From Thermoplasmata archaeon UBA184 (lineage in GTDB: Archaea > Thermoplasmatota > Thermoplasmata > Lutacidiplasmatales > UBA184): 60,033 bases of DNA. Each line of letters opens with the position of its first letter. Position 1 is the stretch's first letter. The stretch covers positions 22,373 through 82,405 of the forward strand of contig DAEB01000027.1 of NCBI GenBank assembly GCA_002495185.1, in the 5' to 3' direction. Made by a program: the position numbers and the translations under genes. The notes beneath the pieces are model-generated. The model was not told the origin of the DNA and searched no databases. It saw only the letters and a program-made list of their open reading frames with translations. Positions 38,730-47,194 of the stretch are shown piece by piece.

Positions 38730-40076
38730 CTACAGCTCGTCGCTGGAGTCCGTGTGCCGGGCCGTCCGCTCGGTCCGCCGGACCTGAGGCTTCGGCCGGC
38801 CGCGATGGGCGGCCGACGATCGCGTCGGCGGCGGGCGCGTGCGCCGTCGGCGGCGCTCGTCGGGCGCCTCGTCGCTCTCCTCCTCGTCCGAGGACCGGCC
38901 CCGGAGACGCTCCCAAAACCGGTGTCCGAGCGATTCGGGCGGGGGATGGGCCTCGGCCTCCGCCTGCGCCTCTCTTTCGGCCTCACGACGCAGTGGCGTC
39001 TCGATCCCTTCGCGCCGGAGCGCGTAGTGAATCGCGAAGCCGATCAGGATGGCCGCGACGATCGTGAGGCCCATGAACTGCCAGGACTGCGAGGGGACCT
39101 CCCCGGCCTGACCCTGGAGAAGGAGCTTCAACGACCCGAACCACGGGATCATCCCGCGGGCCACGCCGATGATCCAACCGGGCTCCACGAGTTCGCTGTG
39201 AGATTCACCCGCCCCCATCTGGTCCGGGAGCGAGTTCCCGTCCCCCATGGTCACGAATCCGGAATGCGCTCCCAAGAGCGCCGGCGTGAGGAAGATCGTG
39301 AGGTTGACCGAGTCCCAGCCGATGTCGAAGAGACGTAGCTCCCCCGTAAGTCCGGTGTACCCGCAGTTCGAATGGCCGTCGAGCGTTGTGTTGGAGGTCC
39401 AGTAGACGGCCCCCGGCTCGTTCCCGCAGGGGAGATTGGCAAGGCCCGTTGCGTTGTAGGAGCCTCGAGGGTCCCATTCCAGGAAAACGATCGAACGGTG
39501 GATGATGGGCGAAGAACCTTGTCCGTTCGGCCAGAAGAGAATGACGTCCCCGTACTCCCCGTACGTTGAGTATCCCGTGGTAAGGCCGGTCGTGTACGGG
39601 ACGATCGAGGAGACGGGAACCTTCTGCGCCAACACGAGGTCTCCGGTGTTGATCAACCCGACCTGGTCGTTCGGGCCGTGCTGCATGCTGTTCGACTCCA
39701 CGACGTAGATCGGGGGCCAGTTCTGGGTATAGGCGAACAGGGAGACGATCAGCACCACGATGATGGCGAGCGCGACCAGCGGTTCGAAGTAGAGGGAATC
39801 CCGGGCGCGCCAGTAGACGCGCGGCTTCCCGGGGGAGGTCCCCCCGGTCGGAGCCTCCGCCTCCTCCTCGTCCTCGACCTCCTCGTCGTCGGATGACCGC
39901 CAGCGACGGATTGGGGCAGGCCTCGTTCGGGGCGAGCTTCTGCGTGCCGGGGGATGGGTCCGGCGGCGCTTCGCCCTCTCCTCTTCCTCCTCGTCGTCGT
40001 CCTCCTCTCGATACTCCTCGTCCTCCTCCTCGACGTCATCGCCCCGGGACGACCGACGAGAGGAGCCGCGTCGCAT
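38730..40076 (-). CDS. Signal peptidase I, archaeal/ER type (S26B) with highly charged N- and C-terminal extensions
   Basis: TM LVALAIIVVLIVSLFAY, then VVESNSMQH (catalytic Ser box), GDLVLA, GDVILFW, IIHRS and MGDGNSLPDQ. A second TM FMGLTIVAAILIGFAIHYAL follows. N-tail DDVEEEDEEYREEDDDEEEEE. ATG at 40076, with GGTTAAG about 28 nt upstream. Confidence 0.75.
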   Translation of the reverse strand: MRRGSSRRSSRGDDVEEEDEEYREEDDDEEEEERAKRRRTHPPARRSSPRTRPAPIRRWRSSDDEEVEDEEEAEAPTGGTSPGKPRVYWRARDSLYFEPLVALAIIVVLIVSLFAYTQNWPPIYVVESNSMQHGPNDQVGLINTGDLVLAQKVPVSSIVPYTTGLTTGYSTYGEYGDVILFWPNGQGSSPIIHRSIVFLEWDPRGSYNATGLANLPCGNEPGAVYWTSNTTLDGHSNCGYTGLTGELRLFDIGWDSVNLTIFLTPALLGAHSGFVTMGDGNSLPDQMGAGESHSELVEPGWIIGVARGMIPWFGSLKLLLQGQAGEVPSQSWQFMGLTIVAAILIGFAIHYALRREGIETPLRREAEREAQAEAEAHPPPESLGHRFWERLRGRSSDEEESDEAPDERRRRRTRPPPTRSSAAHRGRPKPQVRRTERTARHTDSSDEL

Positions 40077-40377
40077 CGCCCGCGGCTCTCCGGCGAACTG
40101 CTTAACCCTTCGTTTCCACCCGAACCGTGCGGAGGGGTTCGACGCTTCGGATAATCGCGCGCCTCCGAGAGAACTCTTATGGGCCGAGAAGCGCAGAACC
40201 GACCGACCGATGTCCCCGGTTCGGAATGAGAGAACCCGGGACACCGAAGCTCAAGACCGAGAAACTTCGATGCCCCGAAGTAGATCCCCGCGGCCGCTCC
40301 CCAGCGCCGGGGCCGGAGCGCGGGGGCGGGCCGGCCGACCCCCCTTCCGTCGAACGACGGGAACGAGGTAGGACCCG

Positions 40378-40806
40378 ATGTCGGTCGCGCCCCCCGGGCC
40401 GGGAGATCACGCGCTCGTGCTCGCCACCCCGGCGTTCTACATCCTCTCCGCGACGTTCGCGCTGTTCGTGGCGATGCTTCTCGTGCTGTGGCACTATCAT
40501 CCCAGCCGGAAGCGCGGCTTCGAGGGGTACTTGGACGCGGCGGGCGTCAGCCTCGCCTTCCTCGCCTTCGGCGTGGCCCTGGTCGTCCTCCTCGCGTCGC
40601 GCGACCCGAAGGGTAACGACACGGCCTTCGCGCTCTACGAGACGATCCTCACGGGCTACTGGCTTGCGTTCGCGATCCCGGTGGTCACCGTGGGGAGCTC
40701 CGTGCAGGCCCGCTCCCGGGGGGCGATCCGCTGGTTCATCCCCTCGATGCTGGTGGCGGTCGCGATGTTCTTTGGCCTCTTCGCCTACTACTACGCGGCC
40801 GCGTAG
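40378..40806 (+). CDS. Hypothetical 4-TM membrane protein
   Basis: 142 aa with four hydrophobic helices and high GC3. No recognisable motif. Confidence 0.5.
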   Translation: MSVAPPGPGDHALVLATPAFYILSATFALFVAMLLVLWHYHPSRKRGFEGYLDAAGVSLAFLAFGVALVVLLASRDPKGNDTAFALYETILTGYWLAFAIPVVTVGSSVQARSRGAIRWFIPSMLVAVAMFFGLFAYYYAAA

Positions 40807-40820
40807 AGGGACCGGGTCCC

Positions 40821-41003
40821 CTAGTCGCGTTCGTCGGGCGGGAGCAGGTCGGGGATCCCGTCTGAGATCGGGTAGTCGACCTTGCAGTTCGCGCAGGTCA
40901 GCGTCCCTTCCATGACCTCGCCGCGGTCGGTCGTCCGGGCCACGAGCGTGAGCGTGCCCCGGCAGACCGGGCAGCGCAGGATCTCGAGTAGGTCGGGCTT
41001 CAC
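40821..41003 (-). CDS. trm112: Trm112-family zinc-ribbon protein
   Basis: VKPDLLEILRCPVCRGTL...LTCANCKVDYPISDGIPDLL. The GTG start overlaps the aIF2-gamma stop as GTGA. The rest of the 191-aa ORF is shadow. Confidence 0.7.
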   Translation of the reverse strand: MKPDLLEILRCPVCRGTLTLVARTTDRGEVMEGTLTCANCKVDYPISDGIPDLLPPDERD

Positions 41004-42241
41004 TTCGCGACCCCCTCCACGATCCCGTAGCCGATGAGGCGCCATGCGTTCAGTTTCCGAGAGATCGCGACCCGGCTCCCGGGGAACACCGTGACGGCGC
41101 GGTTCAGCGAAAGCTCCAGGTCGTCGCCGCGGGCGCTCGTCACCTTCCCCGCCGCGATCGTGGTCCCGACCGTCACCGCGAGCATCTCGCTCGTCCGGAT
41201 CTTTTCGACCTTGATCTCCCGCTGGGCCCCCAGCACCCGGTCGAGGAGGGTCGCGCGGAGCCGGATCTTCTGGGTGACGGGGGGAAGGGTTCCGGCGGTC
41301 CCCACCAGACGACCGGTGAGCCCGTCCCCCTTGGCGAGGGCCGGATCGAGGCTCGTGCCGATCGCGGCCAGGCCCCCCGGACGCAGCTCCTCCCACTCTT
41401 GCCCACCGGAAACGATGGACGTGATCTTGGTCGTCAACGACTCCGACCGTTCCGCGGTCGCTCCCGCCGCCGCTGGACCGGGTCGGATCTCGATCTCCTC
41501 TCCGAGCTCGAGGCGCCCCTGCAGGAGCGAGCCGCCGAGGACCCCTCCCCGCAGGGCCGAGGGGCGGGTACCGGGACGGTTGATGTCGAACGACCGGGCG
41601 ACGTACATGAGCGGAGGCTTCTTCGGGTCCCGGACCGGGGTGGGGATCGTCGTCTCGATCGCGCCGATGAGGGCATCGATGTTCACTCGATGGTTGGCGC
41701 TCACCGGGACGATGGGCGCCCCGGCGATCGGGGAGGCTTTCAGGAACTCCACGATCTCCCGGTAGTTCGCCTCGGCCTCCTCCGTGGAGAGCAGGTCAAT
41801 CTTGTTCTGGACGACCACGACCTTGTGGACGCCGATGATGTCGAGGGCGTAGAGGTGCTCCCGGGTCTGGGGCTGGGGGCAATGCTCGTTCGCCGCGATC
41901 AGGAGAAGCGCACCGTCCATGATCGCCGCGCCCGAGAGCATCGTCGCCATGAGCGTCTCATGGCCCGGGGCGTCCACGAACGAGACGGCCCGGAGGAACT
42001 TCGCCTCGCCGCCGCACGAGGGACAGGTCGGGGAGGTCGAGTATCCGGACGGTTCCGGGCAGTTCGGACACCTGTAGAAGGCCGCATCCGCGTACCCGAG
42101 CTTGATCGAGATTCCCCGCTTCAGTTCCTCGGAATGACGGTCGGTCCACTCCCCCGTGAGGGCTTGGGTGAGGGTCGTCTTCCCGTGGTCGACGTGTCCG
42201 ACCAGGCCGATGTTCACTTCGGGCTGACGGGGGACCTTCAT
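41000..42241 (-). CDS. eif2g: Translation initiation factor 2 subunit gamma
   Basis: GHVDHGKTTL, zinc knuckle CPNCPE...CPSCGG, DAPGHE and NKIDL, followed by domains II and III. Confidence 0.95.
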   Translation of the reverse strand: MKVPRQPEVNIGLVGHVDHGKTTLTQALTGEWTDRHSEELKRGISIKLGYADAAFYRCPNCPEPSGYSTSPTCPSCGGEAKFLRAVSFVDAPGHETLMATMLSGAAIMDGALLLIAANEHCPQPQTREHLYALDIIGVHKVVVVQNKIDLLSTEEAEANYREIVEFLKASPIAGAPIVPVSANHRVNIDALIGAIETTIPTPVRDPKKPPLMYVARSFDINRPGTRPSALRGGVLGGSLLQGRLELGEEIEIRPGPAAAGATAERSESLTTKITSIVSGGQEWEELRPGGLAAIGTSLDPALAKGDGLTGRLVGTAGTLPPVTQKIRLRATLLDRVLGAQREIKVEKIRTSEMLAVTVGTTIAAGKVTSARGDDLELSLNRAVTVFPGSRVAISRKLNAWRLIGYGIVEGVAK

Positions 42242-42615
42242 GCCGCCGCGAACAGCTCCGCGAGAGGCTTGGGGCCTTTCTGCTCGACGACCAGGTTGAT
42301 CTGCACGGTGTCCTCGCTGATCGTGTTGCCGCGGAACGTTCGACGCCGGCGCATCCCCCTCCGCGGGGCCTCGAACCCGAACCCATCTCCGACGAAGAGA
42401 CGGGTCTGCCGGGCCCCGGGAAGGTCGGGACGGAGAGGGAACCCGCTCTTGTCGGTCCCCCCGGTGATGCGGAACGTGTAGCCGACGGCTCCGATGAGCT
42501 CGCCTCCGACGGCCTCCCCGATCCTCTTCCCCAGGAAGCCGGCCGCCTGCGGGTCGCCGACCGACCGCGCGATCGACTTCTCGCGCTCGGCGATGACGAG
42601 CTTGTACTCTACCAT
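42238..42615 (-). CDS. rps6e: 30S ribosomal protein eS6
   Basis: 125 aa. YKLVIAE...GYTFRITGGTDKSGFPLRPDLPG...RRRRTFRGNTIS. ATGA overlap with eif2g. Confidence 0.9.
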   Translation of the reverse strand: MVEYKLVIAEREKSIARSVGDPQAAGFLGKRIGEAVGGELIGAVGYTFRITGGTDKSGFPLRPDLPGARQTRLFVGDGFGFEAPRRGMRRRRTFRGNTISEDTVQINLVVEQKGPKPLAELFAAA

Positions 42616-42898
42616 CCGGTCCTCAAGACGCGAGTCCGCGCCAGTGGAGGACCGTTTAAAAGCCTATCCGAAAAAGGGGTGGGCCGCCGGGCGTTTCCCG
42701 CCGGGCCGGAACGCTTCGGCCACACCGAGACCCGGTGCCGGAAGCGCCCGGCCGGGGGCCCGGACCGTGGCGAAGCGCCCTCCGAGCCGCCGAGCGCGGG
42801 GGGGCCGGTCGTTGGGGCTTCAAGAGTTCGCCATCCGTTCGCGGGAAACCCTCTTAACGGCGGCCCCTCCGTCTCCGACGAGGTCGGGAGCCCTCCGA

Positions 42899-43828
42899 AT
42901 GACGACGGACGTGTCGGGCCTTGCGGGATACGGACTCCCCGCGGTCGTCCTCCTCGTGGGCGGGTTCGGTTACGCGGCCTGGTCCGACGTTCGCGAGCGC
43001 GAGGTCCCGGACCTCCTGTGGCAGGTTCTCGGCGTCCTTGGCTTCGGGATGGGGTATCTCGCCTGGGTCCCGTTCGGCGCCCTCTCGTACGCTCTGTGGA
43101 CGATCGTCGGCCTGTTCGTCCTGCAGCACCTCTTCGCTTGGGACCTGTGGCTCGGCCCGAAAGGAGAGACGTACGCCGACCTGATCGAGCTCGTCGTCTA
43201 TCTTCTTGTGATCGTGATCGTGACCGGTTCCGTCTTCGTCTACGGGCTCGGGTCCGGCGGGGTCCCCGTCCCGGTCGTCGCGGTCCTCATCACCGTCCTC
43301 TTCGCCCGAGGGTTGTTCGAGGCGGGAATCCTCTTCGGCGGCGCCGACGCGAAAGCGCTCATGATTGCAGGCCTTCTCGTGCCCATGTTCCCCCACACGC
43401 TCATCGTGCTTCCGCCCGCCGTCGCGCCCATCACCCAGTACTTGCCGTTCGCCGTGAACGTCCTGATGAACTCAGCGCTGTTTTCGGTGGTCGTCCCGCT
43501 CGCGATCGCCGTGCGGAACATCCGCGCGGGGGAGTTCCGCGGGATTTCGGGATTCGTGGGATACTCGATCCCGGTGGATGACCTCCCGAAGAAGTTCGTC
43601 TGGGTGCGCGACCCGATGTTCGGGGAGGGCCGCGAGGAGGAGAAGTCGATCGAGACCTCCGACGACGATCGTCGGCGCCGGGAGACGCTCGCGCAGGAAC
43701 TTCGCGCGAAGGGGGTCCAGCGAGTGTGGGTCACGCCGCAGATCCCCTTCCTGGTTCTCATGGCCCTCGGCGTCGTGGGAGCGCTCCTCGCGGGCAACCT
43801 GCTCTTCGACCTGATCTTCCTCCTCTGA
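42899..43828 (+). CDS. A24-family aspartic peptidase (archaeal prepilin/preflagellin peptidase, PibD/FlaK-like)
   Basis: Polytopic membrane protein. First Asp box [13 protein letters not shown], second [13 protein letters not shown]. Start taken at MTTDVSG (42899). The upstream 135 codons are open but non-coding-like. Confidence 0.75.
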   Translation: MTTDVSGLAGYGLPAVVLLVGGFGYAAWSDVREREVPDLLWQVLGVLGFGMGYLAWVPFGALSYALWTIVGLFVLQHLFAWDLWLGPKGETYADLIELVVYLLVIVIVTGSVFVYGLGSGGVPVPVVAVLITVLFARGLFEAGILFGGADAKALMIAGLLVPMFPHTLIVLPPAVAPITQYLPFAVNVLMNSALFSVVVPLAIAVRNIRAGEFRGISGFVGYSIPVDDLPKKFVWVRDPMFGEGREEEKSIETSDDDRRRRETLAQELRAKGVQRVWVTPQIPFLVLMALGVVGALLAGNLLFDLIFLL

Positions 43829-43881
43829 ACCGACTGTCCCAAAGCTTTTCTTACCGGCCTCCCGTCGGAGACCGACGGACG

Positions 43882-44304
43882 ATGGCGAAGGCACGGGCTC
43901 CCCGGAAGCGCCCCGTTCGTGTCCTCATCGCGAAGCCCGGCCTCGACGGCCACGACCGGGGCGCGAAGGTGGTCGCGCGAGCCCTCCGGGACGCGGGCAT
44001 GGAGGTGATCTACGCCGGGCTCCGGCAGACTCCGGAAGAGATCGTCCGGGCGGCCCTCGAGGAGGACGTGGACCTGATCGGCCTCTCCATCCTCTCGGGC
44101 GCTCACATGGCCCTCTTCCCCCGGATCCTGGCGCTCCTGAAGGACCAGGGCGGCCAGACGATCCCGGTCTTCGCAGGGGGGATCATTCCGGACGAGGACG
44201 CGCGCCGCCTCAAGAAAGCGGGGATTCGTGCGATCTTTGGACCCGGGACGTCCCTCGAGGAGATCGTCACGACTGCCCGGTCCCTGGTCCGACACCCGTC
44301 ATGA
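43882..44304 (+). CDS. mcmA2: Methylmalonyl-CoA mutase, small B12-binding subunit
   Basis: [33 protein letters not shown] (DxHxxG), [17 protein letters not shown]. Confidence 0.88.
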   Translation: MAKARAPRKRPVRVLIAKPGLDGHDRGAKVVARALRDAGMEVIYAGLRQTPEEIVRAALEEDVDLIGLSILSGAHMALFPRILALLKDQGGQTIPVFAGGIIPDEDARRLKKAGIRAIFGPGTSLEEIVTTARSLVRHPS

Positions 44305-45272
44305 CGGGCGCCTCTTCCCGCGGGCCCGCCGCGGCCCGGGCCATCGTCGCCGGCGACCGACGTGTTCTCGCCCGAACGATCACGGCGGTCGAGAACGGGG
44401 ACCCCTCGGCCGATCGGATCCTCCGGGCCCTCTATCCGCAATCGGGCCGGGCGGTCGTCGTCGGGATTACCGGGCCGCTCGGGGTGGGGAAATCGAGCCT
44501 GGTGAACGCCCTGGTCGGCCTTCTCCGCTCTCGGGGCGAAAGCGTCGGCGTGATCGGCGTCGACCCGTCGAGTCCGTTCACCGGTGGCTCGGTCCTCGGC
44601 GACCGGATCCGGCTGGAACGCCGTGCGGACGATACGGGGGTGTTCTTCCGATCGATGGCAAGCCGGGGCGCTGCCGGCGGGGTGGCCGCCGCCACCCGAG
44701 AGGTCGCTCGGCTGATGGACTCCGCGGGATTCGACGTGGTGCTCGTCGAGACCGTGGGAAGCGGCCAGGTCGACGTCGCAATCCGGGACATCGCAAGCAC
44801 CAGCATCGTCGTGGTGGTTCCACACCTGGGGGACGAGGTCCAGACGCTCAAGGCGGGTCTCTTCGAGATCGCCGACATCTTCTGCGTCAACAAGACGGAC
44901 CTCCCCGGCGCGGACCTCGCGGAGAAGGATCTCGCGGAATTGGTCACGCTCGGGGAACGGTCCGACGGATGGGCCCCGCCGGTCGTCGGGACCTCCACGA
45001 TCGAGCCGACGCGGGGCATCCGCGAGCTCTGGGACGACGTGCTCGCGCACGAACAGTTCCTCGATACCTCCGGAGAGCGAGCGCGCGGTGAGCGTCGTCG
45101 CCTCTCGGCCGAGATCGTGGGCATCGCGCGGGACCGCATCGGTCAGGAGCTCACCCGCCGGCTCGAGCGCGACCCGTCGCTTCGACGCCTGCTCGATGAG
45201 GTCGTCGCTCACCGGATCGACCCCCGGGCCGCGGCCGAGCGCTTGGTCCGCGGGGGACGCCGGTCCCGATGA
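44301..45272 (+). CDS. meaB: Methylmalonyl-CoA mutase-associated GTPase MeaB/ArgK
   Basis: [48 protein letters not shown] overlap with the B12 subunit gene. Confidence 0.9.
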   Translation: MTGASSRGPAAARAIVAGDRRVLARTITAVENGDPSADRILRALYPQSGRAVVVGITGPLGVGKSSLVNALVGLLRSRGESVGVIGVDPSSPFTGGSVLGDRIRLERRADDTGVFFRSMASRGAAGGVAAATREVARLMDSAGFDVVLVETVGSGQVDVAIRDIASTSIVVVVPHLGDEVQTLKAGLFEIADIFCVNKTDLPGADLAEKDLAELVTLGERSDGWAPPVVGTSTIEPTRGIRELWDDVLAHEQFLDTSGERARGERRRLSAEIVGIARDRIGQELTRRLERDPSLRRLLDEVVAHRIDPRAAAERLVRGGRRSR

Positions 45273-45835
45273 CCGGCCTCGATTTCCAGCTGGCTCTCGC
45301 GATCGGGTTGTTCGTCCTGGCGGCGGTCTTCGCGTACTTCGTCTTCGCTTCGTTCCTCTTCGGGGCCGGCTACCAGCCGACCCCTCGTCGATCGGTCGAG
45401 ACGATGCTTCGCTACGCGGAGGTCGGACCCCGCGATACCCTCTACGACCTGGGCGCCGGCACCGGAGCGATCGTCTTCCGGGCCGCCCGGATCTACCGGG
45501 CGCGAGTGATCGGTGTCGAGGTCGAGCCCATCCGGTACGTGATCCTGGTCCTACGACGGTCGTTCGGACCGTTCTCCGACCGGATCACCCTCCGGAGGGG
45601 GAACCTGTTCCGCCTCGACCTCCACGACGCGACGGTCGTCACCGCGTTTCTCTGGCCGGGCGCCATGGCCCGGCTTCGCCCGAAGTTCGAATCGGAACTC
45701 CCGCCGGGGGCCCGGGTCGTGAGCCACTGCCACCGGGTTCCGGGGTGGACGGCCGAGAGGTACGACTCGAAGACGGACGTCTACCTCTACCGGTGGCCCG
45801 ACGCCATCGCACCGGTCACAGAGGGTGGAACGTGA
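45269..45835 (+). CDS. Membrane-anchored class I SAM-dependent methyltransferase
   Basis: N-terminal TM LALAIGLFVLAAVFAYFVFASFLF, then motif I LYDLGAGTGAIVFRAA and VIGVEVE. ATGA overlap with meaB. Confidence 0.7.
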   Translation: MTGLDFQLALAIGLFVLAAVFAYFVFASFLFGAGYQPTPRRSVETMLRYAEVGPRDTLYDLGAGTGAIVFRAARIYRARVIGVEVEPIRYVILVLRRSFGPFSDRITLRRGNLFRLDLHDATVVTAFLWPGAMARLRPKFESELPPGARVVSHCHRVPGWTAERYDSKTDVYLYRWPDAIAPVTEGGT

Positions 45836-45941
45836 GCCACACGAACGCCGCCGCCGCGAACGTCGCGAGGAGAACGATGGCCGCCGCCCACCAGCCGATG
45901 TACGCGCTTCGCTCGGACGGAGCTCGGTCCATCGGGGACAT
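45816..45941 (-). CDS. Possible 41-aa single-TM miniprotein (not in the ORF track)
   Basis: Hand translation: MSPMDRAPSERSAYIGWWAAAIVLLATFAAAAFVWLTFHPL. High GC3. TATA-like GATAAAC about 30 nt upstream on the minus strand. Speculative. Confidence 0.3.
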   Translation of the reverse strand: MSPMDRAPSERSAYIGWWAAAIVLLATFAAAAFVWLTFHPL

Positions 45942-46004
45942 GGGGGACGGACGATCGAGCGTCCGCCCGTTTATCTCGGTTCGATACCAACCGTCGGATC
46001 CCGT

Positions 46005-46148
46005 TTAGGGGATGGGCGCACCGATCTGTCCGGTGATCCCGAGATACGCCACGAGCACGCCGACCACGATCGCGGCGCCGAACGTAACGATGAGGAACGT
46101 GCTCGACGGGCGAGGGGTCTCGTCCACTTCGGCCACCGGGCGTCCCAT
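46005..46148 (-). CDS. Possible 47-aa single-TM miniprotein (not in the ORF track)
   Basis: Hand translation: MGRPVAEVDETPRPSSTFLIVTFGAAIVVGVLVAYLGITGQIGAPIP. High GC3. Lies 60 nt downstream of the FKBP gene on the same strand. Speculative. Confidence 0.35.
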   Translation of the reverse strand: MGRPVAEVDETPRPSSTFLIVTFGAAIVVGVLVAYLGITGQIGAPIP

Positions 46149-46207
46149 CTCCGCAGCGGTTCAAGAAGGGGCGGTTCGTTCTCGGAGGCGGACCGACGGA
46201 TGGACGA

Positions 46208-47116
46208 CTACGCACCCTCAGCGGCGGGAGGCGCCTTGGCCGCTGGGTGCGCGCCCTTCGAACCCTTCGGTTTGGTCGCCGCCGGCCCCGCACCCGCGGG
46301 TTCAGGAGCCTCGGCGGACGCCTCGCCCGGCGGGCTCGGCTCTTTCGGCTCCTTCTTCTCCGCGGTCTCCTTCTTCTCGGGGGCCGGGGTAACGTACTCT
46401 TCCACCACGCGGATGGTCTGCGGGTGAAGGTGCGTGCGCAACCGGTCGATGACCCGGGGCTTGGACGCCATCCACGCGATGTCGAACTTGGTGCGGTCGG
46501 GCACCTTCAGCGTGACGGTCTTGTCGTGCACCTCGACCTGGAATTCGGACGCACGACCGTACTGGAGCTCGATCACCGCGCGCGCTTGCTCGACCGGCTC
46601 GGTGATGCGCTCGATGACCTTGAACGTGCCCCGGACCTTGCGGCCGGCGAACGGGGGATTGAAGTCGACCCGGACGCGAGCCGCCGTGAGCGACACCACC
46701 CGGCCGCGACGTCCCTCGATCGTGAGCGTCGTGCCGATGTCGAGGTGGGCATCCTCCCGTCGCATCTCGGGAAGTCGCTGGACCTCGTGCATCGAGAACA
46801 GCTCGATCAGGTTCGGGTCCCGCTCTCCGAACGCGTCGGCCGGGGCGTACTCCCGCGCGACCTCCTCCCCGACGGCCAGACCGACCAGCGAATTCTCGAT
46901 TCCCGCCGGGAAGTACTCTCCCCCGATCTCGTGGGGGCGGGGACCCCACGTGCGGCCCTCGAGCTGGGCGTTCTCCTTCTGGGCGACTTCCTCGTGGGTC
47001 GTGTCGAGGAGCTCGGACTTTCCGCCGAGTTCCGTCCAGAGGTCGTACTCGAGTCGGACGAGGTCGCCCTTCTCCGTGACCTTGGAAGCCGCGCCATGGT
47101 GGGCTTCGGGAGACAT
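46208..47116 (-). CDS. FKBP-type peptidyl-prolyl cis-trans isomerase, long archaeal type (IF insert plus C-terminal domain)
   Basis: GDLVRLEYDLW, YFPAGIENSLVGLAVGE and VDFNPPFAGRKV. There is an additional C-terminal domain and a Lys/Pro/Ala-rich tail. Confidence 0.85.
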   Translation of the reverse strand: MSPEAHHGAASKVTEKGDLVRLEYDLWTELGGKSELLDTTHEEVAQKENAQLEGRTWGPRPHEIGGEYFPAGIENSLVGLAVGEEVAREYAPADAFGERDPNLIELFSMHEVQRLPEMRREDAHLDIGTTLTIEGRRGRVVSLTAARVRVDFNPPFAGRKVRGTFKVIERITEPVEQARAVIELQYGRASEFQVEVHDKTVTLKVPDRTKFDIAWMASKPRVIDRLRTHLHPQTIRVVEEYVTPAPEKKETAEKKEPKEPSPPGEASAEAPEPAGAGPAATKPKGSKGAHPAAKAPPAAEGA

Positions 47117-47194
47117 CGCCCCGCCGAACCGGGGGGTGGGATAAAGTTTGCTCGAGGGTGGGATGCGGCTTGGGTCCGTGGCGCCGGCGCGCGG

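Noticed and set aside
39830-40060. CTC/GTC/CTCCTC-rich low-complexity DNA (also at 58680-58790), considered as a microsatellite or repeat element.
   Set aside because: It is the antisense of in-frame Glu/Asp-rich codons (GAG/GAC/GAA runs) within the signal peptidase and DUF106 N-terminal tails. It is not an independent DNA repeat.
42700-42760. CCGGAAGC-containing GC-rich segment, considered as a fragment of SRP (7S) RNA given srp54 elsewhere in the window.
   Set aside because: It lacks the conserved GGAAGCAGCC-type helix 8 motif. The available non-coding space (about 200 nt) is too short for an archaeal 7S RNA.
45975-45995. CGGTTCGATACCAACCG, a T-arm-like GGTTCGA motif that might have marked a second tRNA.
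   Set aside because: I could not build an acceptor stem, D arm or anticodon arm around it on either strand.
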